32,000 nucleotides of DNA from Amoeboradix gromovi X-113 (Eukaryota > Fungi > Sanchytriomycota), in the NCBI GenBank assembly GCA_018985225.1, contig JADGIF010000020.1, positions 1 through 32,000 of the forward strand. Reading direction: 5' to 3'. Position numbers and translations under genes: made by a program. The notes under the pieces are model-generated. The model did no database searches, had not been told where the DNA came from, and was given only the letters and a program-made list of their open reading frames with translations. Positions 31,499-32,000 of the stretch are shown one piece after another. Each line of letters begins with the position of its first letter. Within the stretch, counting starts at the first letter, position 1.

Positions 31499-31999
31499 TC
31501 ATTGGTCATTCAGTGAATTGTATTTCCTCAATGGCTCTCTATCCACAACATGAACAAAGAAGTTCCCTGGTGCATCGCTCCAGCTAACATAATCATTAAA
31601 ATATTCTTCTTCTTGGCAATGCAAAATACTCTCAATGTGATTGACATTCCTAGCAGTGATTCTAGCGTCCAATGGTGTAGTTTGTGCAAAACTCTTCATA
31701 CTAATTATATATGTACCATCTTGCAAATCCAAAAAGTGCTGCTGTAAAGATTGATTTGTTTGTGAATTGAAAACATAGTTGTTAACGAACACTACCGTGG
31801 CCATTTTCAACAAGGTATGGACTTGTGGGTGGTTCATAATGTCACCCTTGTATAACCCAATATTGCCAACAGGTTGATTGTAGTAAAACATGCGAGTATT
31901 GAACTCTTTTCTTAACTGAAAAGATAGATCAGCAGTGTTTTGCATTACTTCAATTCCGTATGAATCACAGCGAACTAGCCCTGCCATCTGACAAACTAC
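31499..31999 (-). CDS. DOT1: Histone H3K79 methyltransferase Dot1, 3' part (5' end lies outside the window)
   Basis: YGIEV, ATVVFVNNYVF, FLDLQDGTYIISMKSF, ITARN, VSWS, VDR. Frame is open to the window edge. Confidence 0.92.
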   Translation of the reverse strand, partial: VVCQMAGLVRCDSYGIEVMQNTADLSFQLRKEFNTRMFYYNQPVGNIGLYKGDIMNHPQVHTLLKMATVVFVNNYVFNSQTNQSLQQHFLDLQDGTYIISMKSFAQTTPLDARITARNVNHIESILHCQEEEYFNDYVSWSDAPGNFFVHVVDREPLRKYNSLNDQ

Positions 32000-32000
32000 A

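Overview
AT-rich, gene-dense eukaryotic nuclear DNA. The gene content suggests an early-diverging, probably zoosporic fungus or close holomycotan relative (inference). Eleven protein genes: a hypothetical protein, proteasome alpha-1, a rotatin-like protein, complex I 75-kDa subunit, a Cch1/NALCN-like four-domain channel, a LisH/MBIP-like protein, GH35 beta-galactosidase, muskelin, a BEACH-family protein apparently lacking most of its BEACH core, a DUF2415-type WD40 protein, and partial DOT1. Three things are not explained by the ORF track. (1) All four detectable introns are exactly 19 nt long, with consensus GTAAY-N5-YTMAY-N-TAG and an invariant A at -6, and all lie in the last quarter of their genes. 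(2) Five decayed copies of a Fanzor/TnpB-derived element each keep a ~105-nt omegaRNA-like right end finishing in about AGGACTTTTAACGAG, followed by unrelated (guide-like) flanks. Four of them form two back-to-back pairs. (3) Two copies of a ~410-bp MITE with ~30-bp terminal inverted repeats. A GC-rich rod-like hairpin at 5395-5550 is a candidate ncRNA. All homology calls are by eye; no searches were run.
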